A stretch of 14,862 nt of DNA from Abditibacteriaceae bacterium (GCA_031372065.1 JANMKN010000206.1:1-14862), one strand, 5' to 3'; numbered from the stretch's first letter, positions 1-7,929 are shown. The notes: generated from the letters alone by a model not told the origin. Numbers and translations are program-made.

Positions 1-156
1 GTGACTATCCAGGCGAAATATGCCGGCTATTTAGGTCGTCAGTCGGTTGAGATCGAGCGCAATCAGGCGAACGAAAACACGGTCATACCAGCCAGTTTTG
101 ATTACGCCCGCGTTACCGGTCTGTCGGCGGAAGTGCTGCAAAAGCTTAAAGACGCT
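1..156 (+). other. mnmG: Fragment of the C-terminal region of tRNA modification enzyme MnmG/GidA, joined in frame to an unrelated ORF
   Basis: Translation [51 protein letters not shown] matches the MnmG C-terminal pattern (IxxKYxGYxxRQxxEI...DYxxVxGLSxEvxxKL). The expected continuation (P..GQASRI.G.TPAA) is absent. Junction position is approximate (~145-160). Confidence 0.8.
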
Positions 157-825
157 CCGAATTATTCACTGTGGAGCGTCAGCCCGAAATGCTTTGACGT
201 GACTTTAGATAAAGAATCGCCGTTTCAAATTGGCGATTCGGTTTTCGATGTTGACCGGCAAGGCAACGGTTTCAAGTTCGTCAACAACAAAATTCACAGT
301 CCGGGCCGCGTTTTGATTAAAGCGGGCGGTTTTGGCATTGTCGCGGACAACGACCTTGACACGCCGCATAACATTACGGTTTGCCCTGAAATTCCCGGCG
401 AAGCAGCAGCGGGCATCAAAAACCTGATTATTCGCAACAATACCATTCGCGAGGCCGGTTATTTTTGTCCCGCGCCGTGGTCGGCCTCGGCAGGCGCGCT
501 TTCGATTACCGCAGGAACCAATCCGCCAAATTTGCGTGGTGCGGGTGTCTTTGATGGCTTGCTAATTGAAGGCAACATTTTCCAGAACTGCAACGGCCCT
601 AACCTCGTGATCTCTTCCGCGCGCAATGTCATGGTGCGCCAAAACAAATACATCAAGCCGCAACAAACCAAGCCCAATGACACTGGCATCAGCTATGGTA
701 TTGCAACGAATTCTGTGGTGTGGATTAGCAACAGCGAAAAAGTGCAAATGGTCGGCGACGAAGCCGCTGAAATTGGCCCCTTTGTGGGCGTGCCGATTGT
801 CGTCATGCCAAGCGTAAAGCCGTAA
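157..825 (+). CDS. Right-handed parallel beta-helix protein, C-terminal part (5' end missing)
   Basis: Recurrent beta-helix strand motifs [34 protein letters not shown]; stop TAA at 823-825. Confidence 0.7.
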   Translation, partial: PNYSLWSVSPKCFDVTLDKESPFQIGDSVFDVDRQGNGFKFVNNKIHSPGRVLIKAGGFGIVADNDLDTPHNITVCPEIPGEAAAGIKNLIIRNNTIREAGYFCPAPWSASAGALSITAGTNPPNLRGAGVFDGLLIEGNIFQNCNGPNLVISSARNVMVRQNKYIKPQQTKPNDTGISYGIATNSVVWISNSEKVQMVGDEAAEIGPFVGVPIVVMPSVKP

Positions 826-853
826 CCGAAGAGAAATTGCCAATTCCGCTCAT

Positions 854-1030
854 CGTTTCGCCGAAATGCCTCTTCATTTCGGTGATATTAAAAGGCATTT
901 TGATGAAATGAAGAAGCATTTCGGCGAAATCGTGTTTAATATCGGCGATATTAAAAGGCATATCGGTGAAATTAAAGGACATTTCACCGATATTAGAGGG
1001 CATTTTAGCGACATAAAAAGGCTTTTCGGC
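854..1030. repeat. Degenerate 21-bp tandem array (8 units plus a partial), quasi-palindromic unit ~CATTTCGGCGAWATTAAAAGG
   Basis: Units start at 854, 875, 896, 917, 938, 959, 980, 1001 and (partial) 1022, e.g. catttcggtgatattaaaagg, aatatcggcgatattaaaagg, catatcggtgaaattaaagga. Lies between convergent genes. Confidence 0.9.
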
Positions 1031-1141
1031 GGGTTATGACCTAAACAAAGTGCCACATTTTCAATAATGTGAGAACTTTTAAAGTTGTAGAAACAGGCGC
1101 TTTACCAAATTTCCATTTGCCAAGCAGCAATTACTCCTACC

Positions 1142-4100
1142 TCATTCTTCGCCGCGCTCTTCGCGGGCGCGACGTTTGGCGGCGCGCAGGCGGGCCATCG
1201 GGCTGTCTTCGTCTTCTTCGGGCGCGGCAGGTTGGGGCTGCTGCGAAGACGGCGGCGTTTGCGAGGAAACCGGCGCGCGTTCGATGGGCGGCGGTGGTGG
1301 CGCGGCAACTCCGCCGGGCGGTGGCGGCGCAACCGGCGGCGCGCTAACCGGCGGGCTGACCGGCAAACTGCCTCCCGCTTCCGGCCTCCCGCTTCCCGCC
1401 TCCGGCTTCCCGCTTCCCGCCTTCCCGCTTTCTGACCCCTGACCACTAACCCCTGCCCGCTGTTTAGCCCGCAAGAGGCTGTCCATGCTTTGGTCGCGTT
1501 GAGGGGCCGCTTTGGGGCTACCGGTTTTGGCAGCTTTGGGCTGGCGCTTGAAACGACTGCGCAGGTTTTGCAATTCGGTTTCGCCCCACATCAGGCGGCG
1601 CACGGCGACATCGAGCGGGAAAAGCAGCGCGGCGCAGGCCAAAAGTGGCAGCCAAATGTCGCGCGGCGCGCGGGCCGGAGTGCGCGGACGTGTGAAAACT
1701 TTTTCGGCGTCTTTAAAATCAAATCTGTCCCCGCCGCCGAGTTGTCGCACGCGGTAAAGCAAGTTTTCGTCGGTTCCGGTCTTGCCATATTCGGGCGAAT
1801 AGGGCAAAACGGCGCCGGTAATTTGCGAAGTGGTTTTGCCTTCGCGCTTGGTTTGAATGTTGACCAAATACGTTCCGAGTTGGCGCGCGTCGAAGTTGGC
1901 TTCGTAGCGGCCCGGCCCGGTTTGGTCGAGCGACAAATCCAGCGATTTCATGTTCGGCTGCACAAGGCGCGCTTTCGGCTCCAAGAAATTCATGAAATTG
2001 CCCTTGGAATCCACCGCTTCGATGGTGATTTTGCCTTTGCCTTTGTCTATGTCCACAAGGGTTTGCAGGTCGCTCGAACTGCTTTGCCTCATGCTCCAAC
2101 GCACGGTTTGCGCCCAAAATTTCGAGTAGCCGCTCCACGGCACCCACGCGGCGGCCCAACGTTGGCGCGCGTCGCTTGTCCACGCCACGGCTTTGCCCAA
2201 ACCATACTGCCACGTCGCTAAAACCGGATCATCTTGATGACTTTGCAAAACATTGATCGCCGTCGGCTTTTTGGTGGTGCCGACGTAGCCCAGCAGCGGC
2301 GGCGTGCCGCCAATGCCTTTGAGAATCGAACTTTCGGCGGCTTTAACGGGATTAAAGGTTTCTTCGATAATCGCCGAACGCGAAACCGTGGCGGCTTCTT
2401 TGAGGAAGATATTGGGAATTTGCTTGGGGTTCAGCACCACATAAGCGCGCCCGCTGTTCTGTTTGGCAATCCACGCCATTGATTTGGTGGTCATGCCGCC
2501 AATTCCATCGTGCGGGTTAATAATCACCGTCGAAACGGTAATTTTCGCGGCCTGAAACTTGGCGACAAGCGCCGGGCCGGGCGGCGAAGGATCGCCATCG
2601 CTGACGATAATGCAATGCTTCAGCGCGGCGTTGGTTTTTATTAGGCCGTTGTAGCAGGTTTGCAGCGCGGCGTCGAAATCAGGCATATCGCCGGGATTGA
2701 CTTTGCGTGTCATAGCGAGCATTCGCTGGCGATTCGGCCCGACTTTGAGCATTCCGCCGGGAAAAACCCAGTTGGCATCGAATCCGTAAACGCAAATGCC
2801 CGCCCAATCGTTTTCGCCGAGTTGCCGAATCACTTGCGAGCAAATGGATTTCGTCCAATCGTTGCCATTTTGAAACTCGCACGAATGCATCACCATCGCC
2901 ACGGCGCCGCCGGGGATGACCTGCATATTTTTGATGTCCATCGTGACGGGCAGCGTTTCTTCGATGGCTGTTTCGCGGTAACCGCCCGGCCCATAGGAGT
3001 ATTCGCCGCCGACCATGACAAGGCCGCAGCCCAAATCGCGCACATAACTTTGCAGCGCCAGCATTTGCTTTTCGGTCATGTCCCACGCCGGGACGTTGTC
3101 CAAAACGATGGCATCGTAAGGCTGCATCGTCGTGAGATTGGGCGGCAAACCGCCTGCGCCGGTTAGCTCGACGTTGACTTTTTCGCGTTGCAAGGCTTGC
3201 GCTAAAAACTGCGTTTGCTGCGTGTCGGTGCCGACCAGCAAAACGCGCGGCTTGCCCTGCACATTAACAAAACCCAGCGCGCGATTATTTTCGACGGTGG
3301 TGTCGTCGGAAGACTTCGCTTCAATTTTCGCTTCAAAGATGCTGGCGCCCGCCTTTTCGACGGTCTGCGGAAAAACAAAAACGTTTTTCGCGCCTTCGCC
3401 TTCGCCGCCGTTGAGATGCACATCGCGCGAGCCGAGATATTGCCCATCGCGGAAGAGTTTGAGCGTCGCATCGGCATCTTGGGTGGAGCGCACGATAGCT
3501 TTGACTTCAATCGGCTCACCGATTTTGGCCTCGCTGGGCACCGTCATTTTTTCAATGAGAACTTCATGGCGCTGCGGCGAAGTCAGCGGCACCACGTCAA
3601 TTTTCACTTCGTTGTTGCTGGCAACTTGCGCTTCATCCACCACATCGCCCAAGTTTTCGTTGCCATCCGAGAGAATCACGATGCGCTTTTGCATTCCGTC
3701 GGGCAGCGACGCCATTGCAAGGCGAATCGCGCCCGCGATGTCGGTAAATTCCGTGGCGGTGACGGTTTGAATTTTTCCCAGATTGGGCGAGTTGCCGGGC
3801 GCCAATTCGATATACGCATCGCGCCCGAAAACCACCACGCCCCACAAATCATTTGCTTTGCGATTGGGCAGCTTTACGGCGTTGTTAATGAACTCTTCGG
3901 CCTGCACTTTGGCTTTGGCGCCCACGGAATCGGAATAATCCACCACGAACATGGTTGCCATGTCGCGGTTGAACTTGACGAATTGCAATCCGGCCAAAGC
4001 CAGCACAATCAGCGTCAGCAAAACGAGGCGCATGGCAATGGCCGCGCGCCGCCGCGCATTGGACAAATCGGCGAGCGAACGCCCGGCCAGCCACACAAAA

Positions 4101-4165
4101 TAAAAGGCCAGTGGCGGCCACAGCAAAAGCGCCCACGGATTAGTAAAAGACAGGCCGAAATTCAT
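1142..4165 (-). CDS. Membrane-anchored VWA-domain protein (BatA-like N-terminus, VWA, Ig-like, GATase-like/DUF1355 with second VWA, C-terminal TM and Pro-rich tail), 1007 aa
   Basis: N-terminal FTNPWALLL and TM segments; MIDAS VVDYSDS...TDIAGAI...ILSDGNEN; YDAIVLDNVP and GLVMVGGEYSYGPGGY; second IVSDGD; YGLGKAVAWTSD; C-terminal TM WLPLLACAALLFPLDVAVRR. Confidence 0.9.
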   Translation of the reverse strand: MNFGLSFTNPWALLLWPPLAFYFVWLAGRSLADLSNARRRAAIAMRLVLLTLIVLALAGLQFVKFNRDMATMFVVDYSDSVGAKAKVQAEEFINNAVKLPNRKANDLWGVVVFGRDAYIELAPGNSPNLGKIQTVTATEFTDIAGAIRLAMASLPDGMQKRIVILSDGNENLGDVVDEAQVASNNEVKIDVVPLTSPQRHEVLIEKMTVPSEAKIGEPIEVKAIVRSTQDADATLKLFRDGQYLGSRDVHLNGGEGEGAKNVFVFPQTVEKAGASIFEAKIEAKSSDDTTVENNRALGFVNVQGKPRVLLVGTDTQQTQFLAQALQREKVNVELTGAGGLPPNLTTMQPYDAIVLDNVPAWDMTEKQMLALQSYVRDLGCGLVMVGGEYSYGPGGYRETAIEETLPVTMDIKNMQVIPGGAVAMVMHSCEFQNGNDWTKSICSQVIRQLGENDWAGICVYGFDANWVFPGGMLKVGPNRQRMLAMTRKVNPGDMPDFDAALQTCYNGLIKTNAALKHCIIVSDGDPSPPGPALVAKFQAAKITVSTVIINPHDGIGGMTTKSMAWIAKQNSGRAYVVLNPKQIPNIFLKEAATVSRSAIIEETFNPVKAAESSILKGIGGTPPLLGYVGTTKKPTAINVLQSHQDDPVLATWQYGLGKAVAWTSDARQRWAAAWVPWSGYSKFWAQTVRWSMRQSSSSDLQTLVDIDKGKGKITIEAVDSKGNFMNFLEPKARLVQPNMKSLDLSLDQTGPGRYEANFDARQLGTYLVNIQTKREGKTTSQITGAVLPYSPEYGKTGTDENLLYRVRQLGGGDRFDFKDAEKVFTRPRTPARAPRDIWLPLLACAALLFPLDVAVRRLMWGETELQNLRSRFKRQPKAAKTGSPKAAPQRDQSMDSLLRAKQRAGVSGQGSESGKAGSGKPEAGSGRPEAGGSLPVSPPVSAPPVAPPPPGGVAAPPPPPIERAPVSSQTPPSSQQPQPAAPEEDEDSPMARLRAAKRRAREERGEE
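1371..1455. repeat. 7-bp tandem repeat tract inside the VWA gene 3' end
   Basis: cctcccg cttccgg cctcccg cttcccg cctccgg cttcccg cttcccg (c) cttcccg ctttctg acccctg accacta acccctg. Confidence 0.8.
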
Positions 4166-4182
4166 TCGATTGACGATTTCAA

Positions 4183-4198
4183 CGCGAATAAATTCGCG
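4183..4198. repeat. Short REP-like intergenic palindrome
   Basis: CGCGAAT-AA-ATTCGCG in the 51-bp gap between the DUF1559 gene and the VWA gene. Confidence 0.45.
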
Positions 4199-4216
4199 GC
4201 TGAATCAAAACGTGCA

Positions 4217-4870
4217 TTATTTCAGAGAAAAGGTCGCTGTTTTAATGCCAACTTCGGATGGTTTAAGCCGTTTTACATGACCATCGGCAAACGCATAATT
4301 TGCGGTGTCATGATGGCGGCGGGCTGGAGAATTTGCTGTCGAAATCCAGCTCTGGGGCAAGGCGTTTAAATTGTAACGTGCAGTGGAATTAGTGGAGCCA
4401 CCATCGCCATCGCCCATTGTAATTAACAGCGCTGGTGACTTTATTTTTTCTGAAAGCACACCTGACACATTCGTGTTGAGCCAGTAATCAGTGTAGCCAG
4501 CCTTCATCGGGTCTTTTTGAGCCGCATGACTTTCAGAAGGGCACTGAAGAAGATCGTTATTTTTCAGATAAGGCCAGACCGCATCGGCCCAGCCATAACA
4601 AGCGAAACCCCGACGACCCGTTGAACTTTTTGCTGCCAGAGTGGCCTTCGGCATACGCTCATCGAAATCCTGCTGATACATCAACAGAGCCGTGGAGATT
4701 TGCTTTAAATTGCTCATGCACGCTGCATCGCGCGCATAATCGCGGGCGCGTTCAAAGGCAGACGAGTCCGCCGTTTGCGCCAAAACCGGCACCAACAAGG
4801 CGCCTGCCACACTCATAACGGCGCCCAGTGCCACCAATTCCCCACGACTGAAACCATTTCGCTTTTGCAT
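4217..4870 (-). CDS. DUF1559 / prepilin-like H-X9-DG domain protein (paralog B), 217 aa
   Basis: GFSRGEL N-terminus, CMSNLKQISTALLMYQQDFDERMP, LQCPSE, RHHDTANYAFADGHVK. Start placed at the second ATG (4870), 6 nt after AGGAG, matching the spacing in paralog A. Confidence 0.85.
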   Translation of the reverse strand: MQKRNGFSRGELVALGAVMSVAGALLVPVLAQTADSSAFERARDYARDAACMSNLKQISTALLMYQQDFDERMPKATLAAKSSTGRRGFACYGWADAVWPYLKNNDLLQCPSESHAAQKDPMKAGYTDYWLNTNVSGVLSEKIKSPALLITMGDGDGGSTNSTARYNLNALPQSWISTANSPARRHHDTANYAFADGHVKRLKPSEVGIKTATFSLK

Positions 4871-4881
4871 CATAATCTCCT

Positions 4882-5523
4882 TTAGCGAACTATGAAAGTC
4901 GCCGCTTTGGTTCCGACTTCTTTTGCGGCCAATCGCTCGACGTGTCCATCGGCAAAGGCATAGCAGCCTTGATTCAAATGGCGCCGCGCCGGTGAATTGA
5001 CGGTTTTAATCCAGCTTTTCGGCAGCGATTTTAAATTGTAACGCGCATTGGAATTGAATGAGCCACCATCTCCATCACCAGCCAGCAAATTTAAAATCGG
5101 CGCTCGAACGATCACTAAATCAAGAGAGGAAAAGTTGGCGTTATACCAGTAGTCGGTATAACCCGGCAGGGTTGAATTAGTTTGCCCTCGATTTCTTTCC
5201 GATGGGCATTGATAAATCTGCGTGCTGCGAATATAAGGTTGAATCGCGTCGGCCCAACCATAAGGAGGATTGCCATTTTGCGAGCCAGCCCCCACGATGA
5301 TAATGGGGTAACGCTCATCGTAATCCTGCACATATTGCAGAAATCCCAAACTAACCTGCTTGAGATTATTGCTGCATGAATTGGCGCGAGATTCCGATGC
5401 CGCATTTTGATCTCTGTTACTTTGCGCCAAAACCGGCACCAGTAAAACAGCGCCGATGCTGATAACAGCGCCCAAAGCCAGCAATTCCCAACGACTAAAT
5501 CCCTTTCGTTTTTGCTCTTTCAT
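4882..5523 (-). CDS. DUF1559 / prepilin-like H-X9-DG domain protein (paralog A), 213 aa
   Basis: GFSRWEL N-terminus, CSNNLKQVSLGFLQYVQDYDERYP, YQCPSE, RHLNQGCYAFADGHVE. ATG at 5523 follows TAAAGGAGATTAGG; the ORF-track start at 5559 overlaps the upstream gene. Confidence 0.85.
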   Translation of the reverse strand: MKEQKRKGFSRWELLALGAVISIGAVLLVPVLAQSNRDQNAASESRANSCSNNLKQVSLGFLQYVQDYDERYPIIIVGAGSQNGNPPYGWADAIQPYIRSTQIYQCPSERNRGQTNSTLPGYTDYWYNANFSSLDLVIVRAPILNLLAGDGDGGSFNSNARYNLKSLPKSWIKTVNSPARRHLNQGCYAFADGHVERLAAKEVGTKAATFIVR

Positions 5524-5534
5524 CCTAATCTCCT

Positions 5535-6101
5535 TTATTTCGCTTTTTCGTTTTGCCAACGCTTGGCCGCGTCGCGCACGCTTTGTAAGGCTGCGGCGCG
5601 GTTTTTGAGGCCGGTTAATTCGATTTGGTTGCCTTCAAAGGTTTGATAATCCTTTAAAAAACCTTCCAGTTCGCGCACAAGGCGCGGCGAAAGGTCATCC
5701 AAATTACGAATGTCATCCCATGTCGCGGCGGCGCCTTCGAGCGAAACCGGCACACCAATTAAGCGATCATTTTCGTCGCCGTTTTTGATTAAACCAATCG
5801 AGCCGACAATGCGCGTCCGCACTAAACAGCCGGGAAAACATGGTTCGTCAACGAGCAGCGCTACATCAATGGCGTCGCCGTCGTCGGCCAAAGTTTGCGG
5901 GATAAAACCGAAATCGCAGGGCCATGTCATGCCGCCGCGCAAAATACGCCGTAATTCGATGACGCCGTAAGTTTCCTTATACGCGAATTTGTTGCGCGTG
6001 CCTTTGGGCGTTTCGACAATGACGTTCACCGCGTCTTTTTCGATGAGATCGCAAAACGGCGGAATGTGATCGAAAGAATAGCCTTGCGAGAAATTCGACA
6101 T
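5535..6101 (-). CDS. ppa: Family I inorganic pyrophosphatase-like protein (divergent)
   Basis: VNVIVETPKG..NK, WPCDFGFIPQTLADDGDAIDV (family motif YPxNYGFIPxTxxxDGDPLDV), ENDRLIGV. Confidence 0.8.
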   Translation of the reverse strand: MSNFSQGYSFDHIPPFCDLIEKDAVNVIVETPKGTRNKFAYKETYGVIELRRILRGGMTWPCDFGFIPQTLADDGDAIDVALLVDEPCFPGCLVRTRIVGSIGLIKNGDENDRLIGVPVSLEGAAATWDDIRNLDDLSPRLVRELEGFLKDYQTFEGNQIELTGLKNRAAALQSVRDAAKRWQNEKAK

Positions 6102-6110
6102 AATTTCAGT

Positions 6111-7109
6111 TTAGCTTTTTGCAGCCGTCATTTTTGAGGGCGCCGTTTGTGGCAAGTAAATTTTCTGCACACGATGATTACCGGTATCGGCGATGTAAAC
6201 CGCACCGTCGGGGCCAAGCGCGAGGCCCCACGGATTGAAAAGTTGGCCCGGCGCGCGGCCCGGACTGCCCCAACTGATGATAAATTGGCCGTCCGGCGTC
6301 CATTTTTGCACGCGGCTGGTGGCATATTCGACGGTATAAATAAAACCGTCTTTGTCCGTCGCCACACCGTAAACATAGGTCAATTGGCCCGGTGCGCGGC
6401 CCGGCGTGCCGAATTGTCCCTTAAACGCGCCGGTTTTGCGGTCAAGGCGCTGAATGCGATGGTTGCAAATGTCGGCCACCAATAAATCGCCTTCTTTGGA
6501 AATAGCAAGGCCGCACGGACGGCGAAATTGGCGCGGGCCTTCGCCGTGACCTTCCCACGAAGCGATGAGTTTGCCGTCTTCTGTCCACTTAGAAATGCGG
6601 TCATGATCGCCGCCGTAATCGGCGATATAAAGAAAGCCATCGCTGTCCACGCAAATGCCGGTTGCCAGCAAAAAACCACCTTTTTGCGGGCCGTAAACAC
6701 CAAACGAACGCAGCAATTTGCCTTCGGGCGTGTAAAGGCGAATTTTCGAGTAATGTGTGTCGCACACCACGATGTTGCCGCTTTTGGTAATCGCGACGCC
6801 TTCGGGACGGCCTTTATCAATCGAAGGCACGCGCCAGCGCTTGATGAATTTGCCGCCGTCCGTCCATTTTTGCACATAACCGGACGAATCTACCGCGTAA
6901 ACCAGATGAGTTGCTGTCACAACAAGGGCGCGCGGCTCGTAAAACAGGCCCGCCGTTTGGCCTTTCTTGCCGCCCCAAATTTGCGGCACGGCAGGTTTTG
7001 CAGCCGTGTTGAGAGGCGGCGCGCTGGCATGGTGGCAACCACCCAAGATGCAAGACATGAGCAGCAAAAGGCCAAAATAAGCGCCAAGGCGCGCGAAGTT
7101 TTTCTGCAT
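6111..7109 (-). CDS. NHL-repeat beta-propeller lipoprotein
   Basis: Signal peptide with lipobox LGGC; about six NHL repeats, e.g. GQFRRPCGLAI..ADICNHRIQ-like and GQLFNPWGLAL..IADTGNHRVQK. Confidence 0.9.
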   Translation of the reverse strand: MQKNFARLGAYFGLLLLMSCILGGCHHASAPPLNTAAKPAVPQIWGGKKGQTAGLFYEPRALVVTATHLVYAVDSSGYVQKWTDGGKFIKRWRVPSIDKGRPEGVAITKSGNIVVCDTHYSKIRLYTPEGKLLRSFGVYGPQKGGFLLATGICVDSDGFLYIADYGGDHDRISKWTEDGKLIASWEGHGEGPRQFRRPCGLAISKEGDLLVADICNHRIQRLDRKTGAFKGQFGTPGRAPGQLTYVYGVATDKDGFIYTVEYATSRVQKWTPDGQFIISWGSPGRAPGQLFNPWGLALGPDGAVYIADTGNHRVQKIYLPQTAPSKMTAAKS

Positions 7110-7183
7110 TTTAAACCGCTGAAAAGCGTAAAACTGTGTCAGATTCGTTATCTCGCATCGCTTTGGCGATAATTCCTATCGCT

Positions 7184-7810
7184 TTAACGAGCCGTCGTTT
7201 TACATTGCAGAATCCGATAGCCGTGCTTGATTTCGGTAGTTTCACACGCGCCGAACTGATTTTGCAGGCGTTTTTGCCATGATTTGGCGCCTTGCGCGGT
7301 GCGCAAAACGACCCATAAGGCGCCGCCCTGCTTTAAACAACGCTGCGCGTCGTCAAAAAGGCGCGCAATGGTTTCGTTTCCGGCGCGCACCGGCGGATTA
7401 AAGAATATCACGTCGAAAAACTCGCTTTTGGCCGCCGAAAGACCGTCGCCGCACCAGAAAAAAGCGTTTTTCAAGTCATTTAGCCGCGCGTTTTGATGCG
7501 CCAGTGCCACGGCGCGTTCGTTGATGTCACAACCAAAAACCAGAGTTTGCGGCGCCAAAACCGCCGCGAAGCACGAAATCGCGCCCCAACCGCAGCCCAA
7601 ATCGGCCAATTTTGCTTTTTCGGGCCACGAACTATCTCTTAGCGCGGTTTCAAGCAGCAAACGTGAGCCTTCATCGAGCGCGCTTTTGGAAAACACGCCG
7701 TCGCCGCTGATAAACGGCAAAGTGACACCGCTTAAAGTGGCTTCAATCTGGCGCGAGGTTTGTTGGAGCGGGGTCGCTGGCGAAAAATAATGCGAGGCAG
7801 AACGCGACAT
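7184..7810 (-). CDS. Class I SAM-dependent methyltransferase, RsmC/YbxB-like (MTS family)
   Basis: HYFS N-terminus, GVFSKSALDEGSRLL, SAM motif ADLGCGWG, DVIFFNPPVRAG, QGAKS, GYRIL. Confidence 0.9.
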   Translation of the reverse strand: MSRSASHYFSPATPLQQTSRQIEATLSGVTLPFISGDGVFSKSALDEGSRLLLETALRDSSWPEKAKLADLGCGWGAISCFAAVLAPQTLVFGCDINERAVALAHQNARLNDLKNAFFWCGDGLSAAKSEFFDVIFFNPPVRAGNETIARLFDDAQRCLKQGGALWVVLRTAQGAKSWQKRLQNQFGACETTEIKHGYRILQCKTTAR

Positions 7811-7929
7811 GAAAATGCTTTATGAAACTCGTAACGAAGTGGCAGTTTAGCAGACGCGCGGCACAAAATAGCGGGTGGGAAGGCCCTGCGGCAGGGCAAT
7901 CGCACGAGAAATTATTGGTAGAAAGAGGC

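Noticed and set aside
1..825. A genuine 274-aa protein starting at GTG 1
   Set aside because: The start is only the window edge, and the ORF joins two unrelated partial sequences.
1069..1446. Arg/Ala-rich ORFs 1069-1347 and 1102-1446
   Set aside because: Alternative frames of the GC-rich low-complexity tail of the VWA gene.
3215..4369. 384-aa + strand ORF, and similar ORFs at 1490-2221, 2660-3166, 3132-3770 and 6528-7172
   Set aside because: Antisense shadows of well-supported genes, with no recognisable motifs.
4217..5523. Diversity-generating retroelement or integron cassette array explanation for the paralog pair
   Set aside because: No reverse transcriptase or integrase, no near-identical TR/VR pair with adenine-specific differences, and no attC-like sites.
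7110..7183. Short hairpins (CGCT-GAAA-AGCG; GCGATA-ATTCC-TATCGC) as intrinsic terminators
   Set aside because: Stems are only 4-6 bp with no convincing U-tract on the coding strand.
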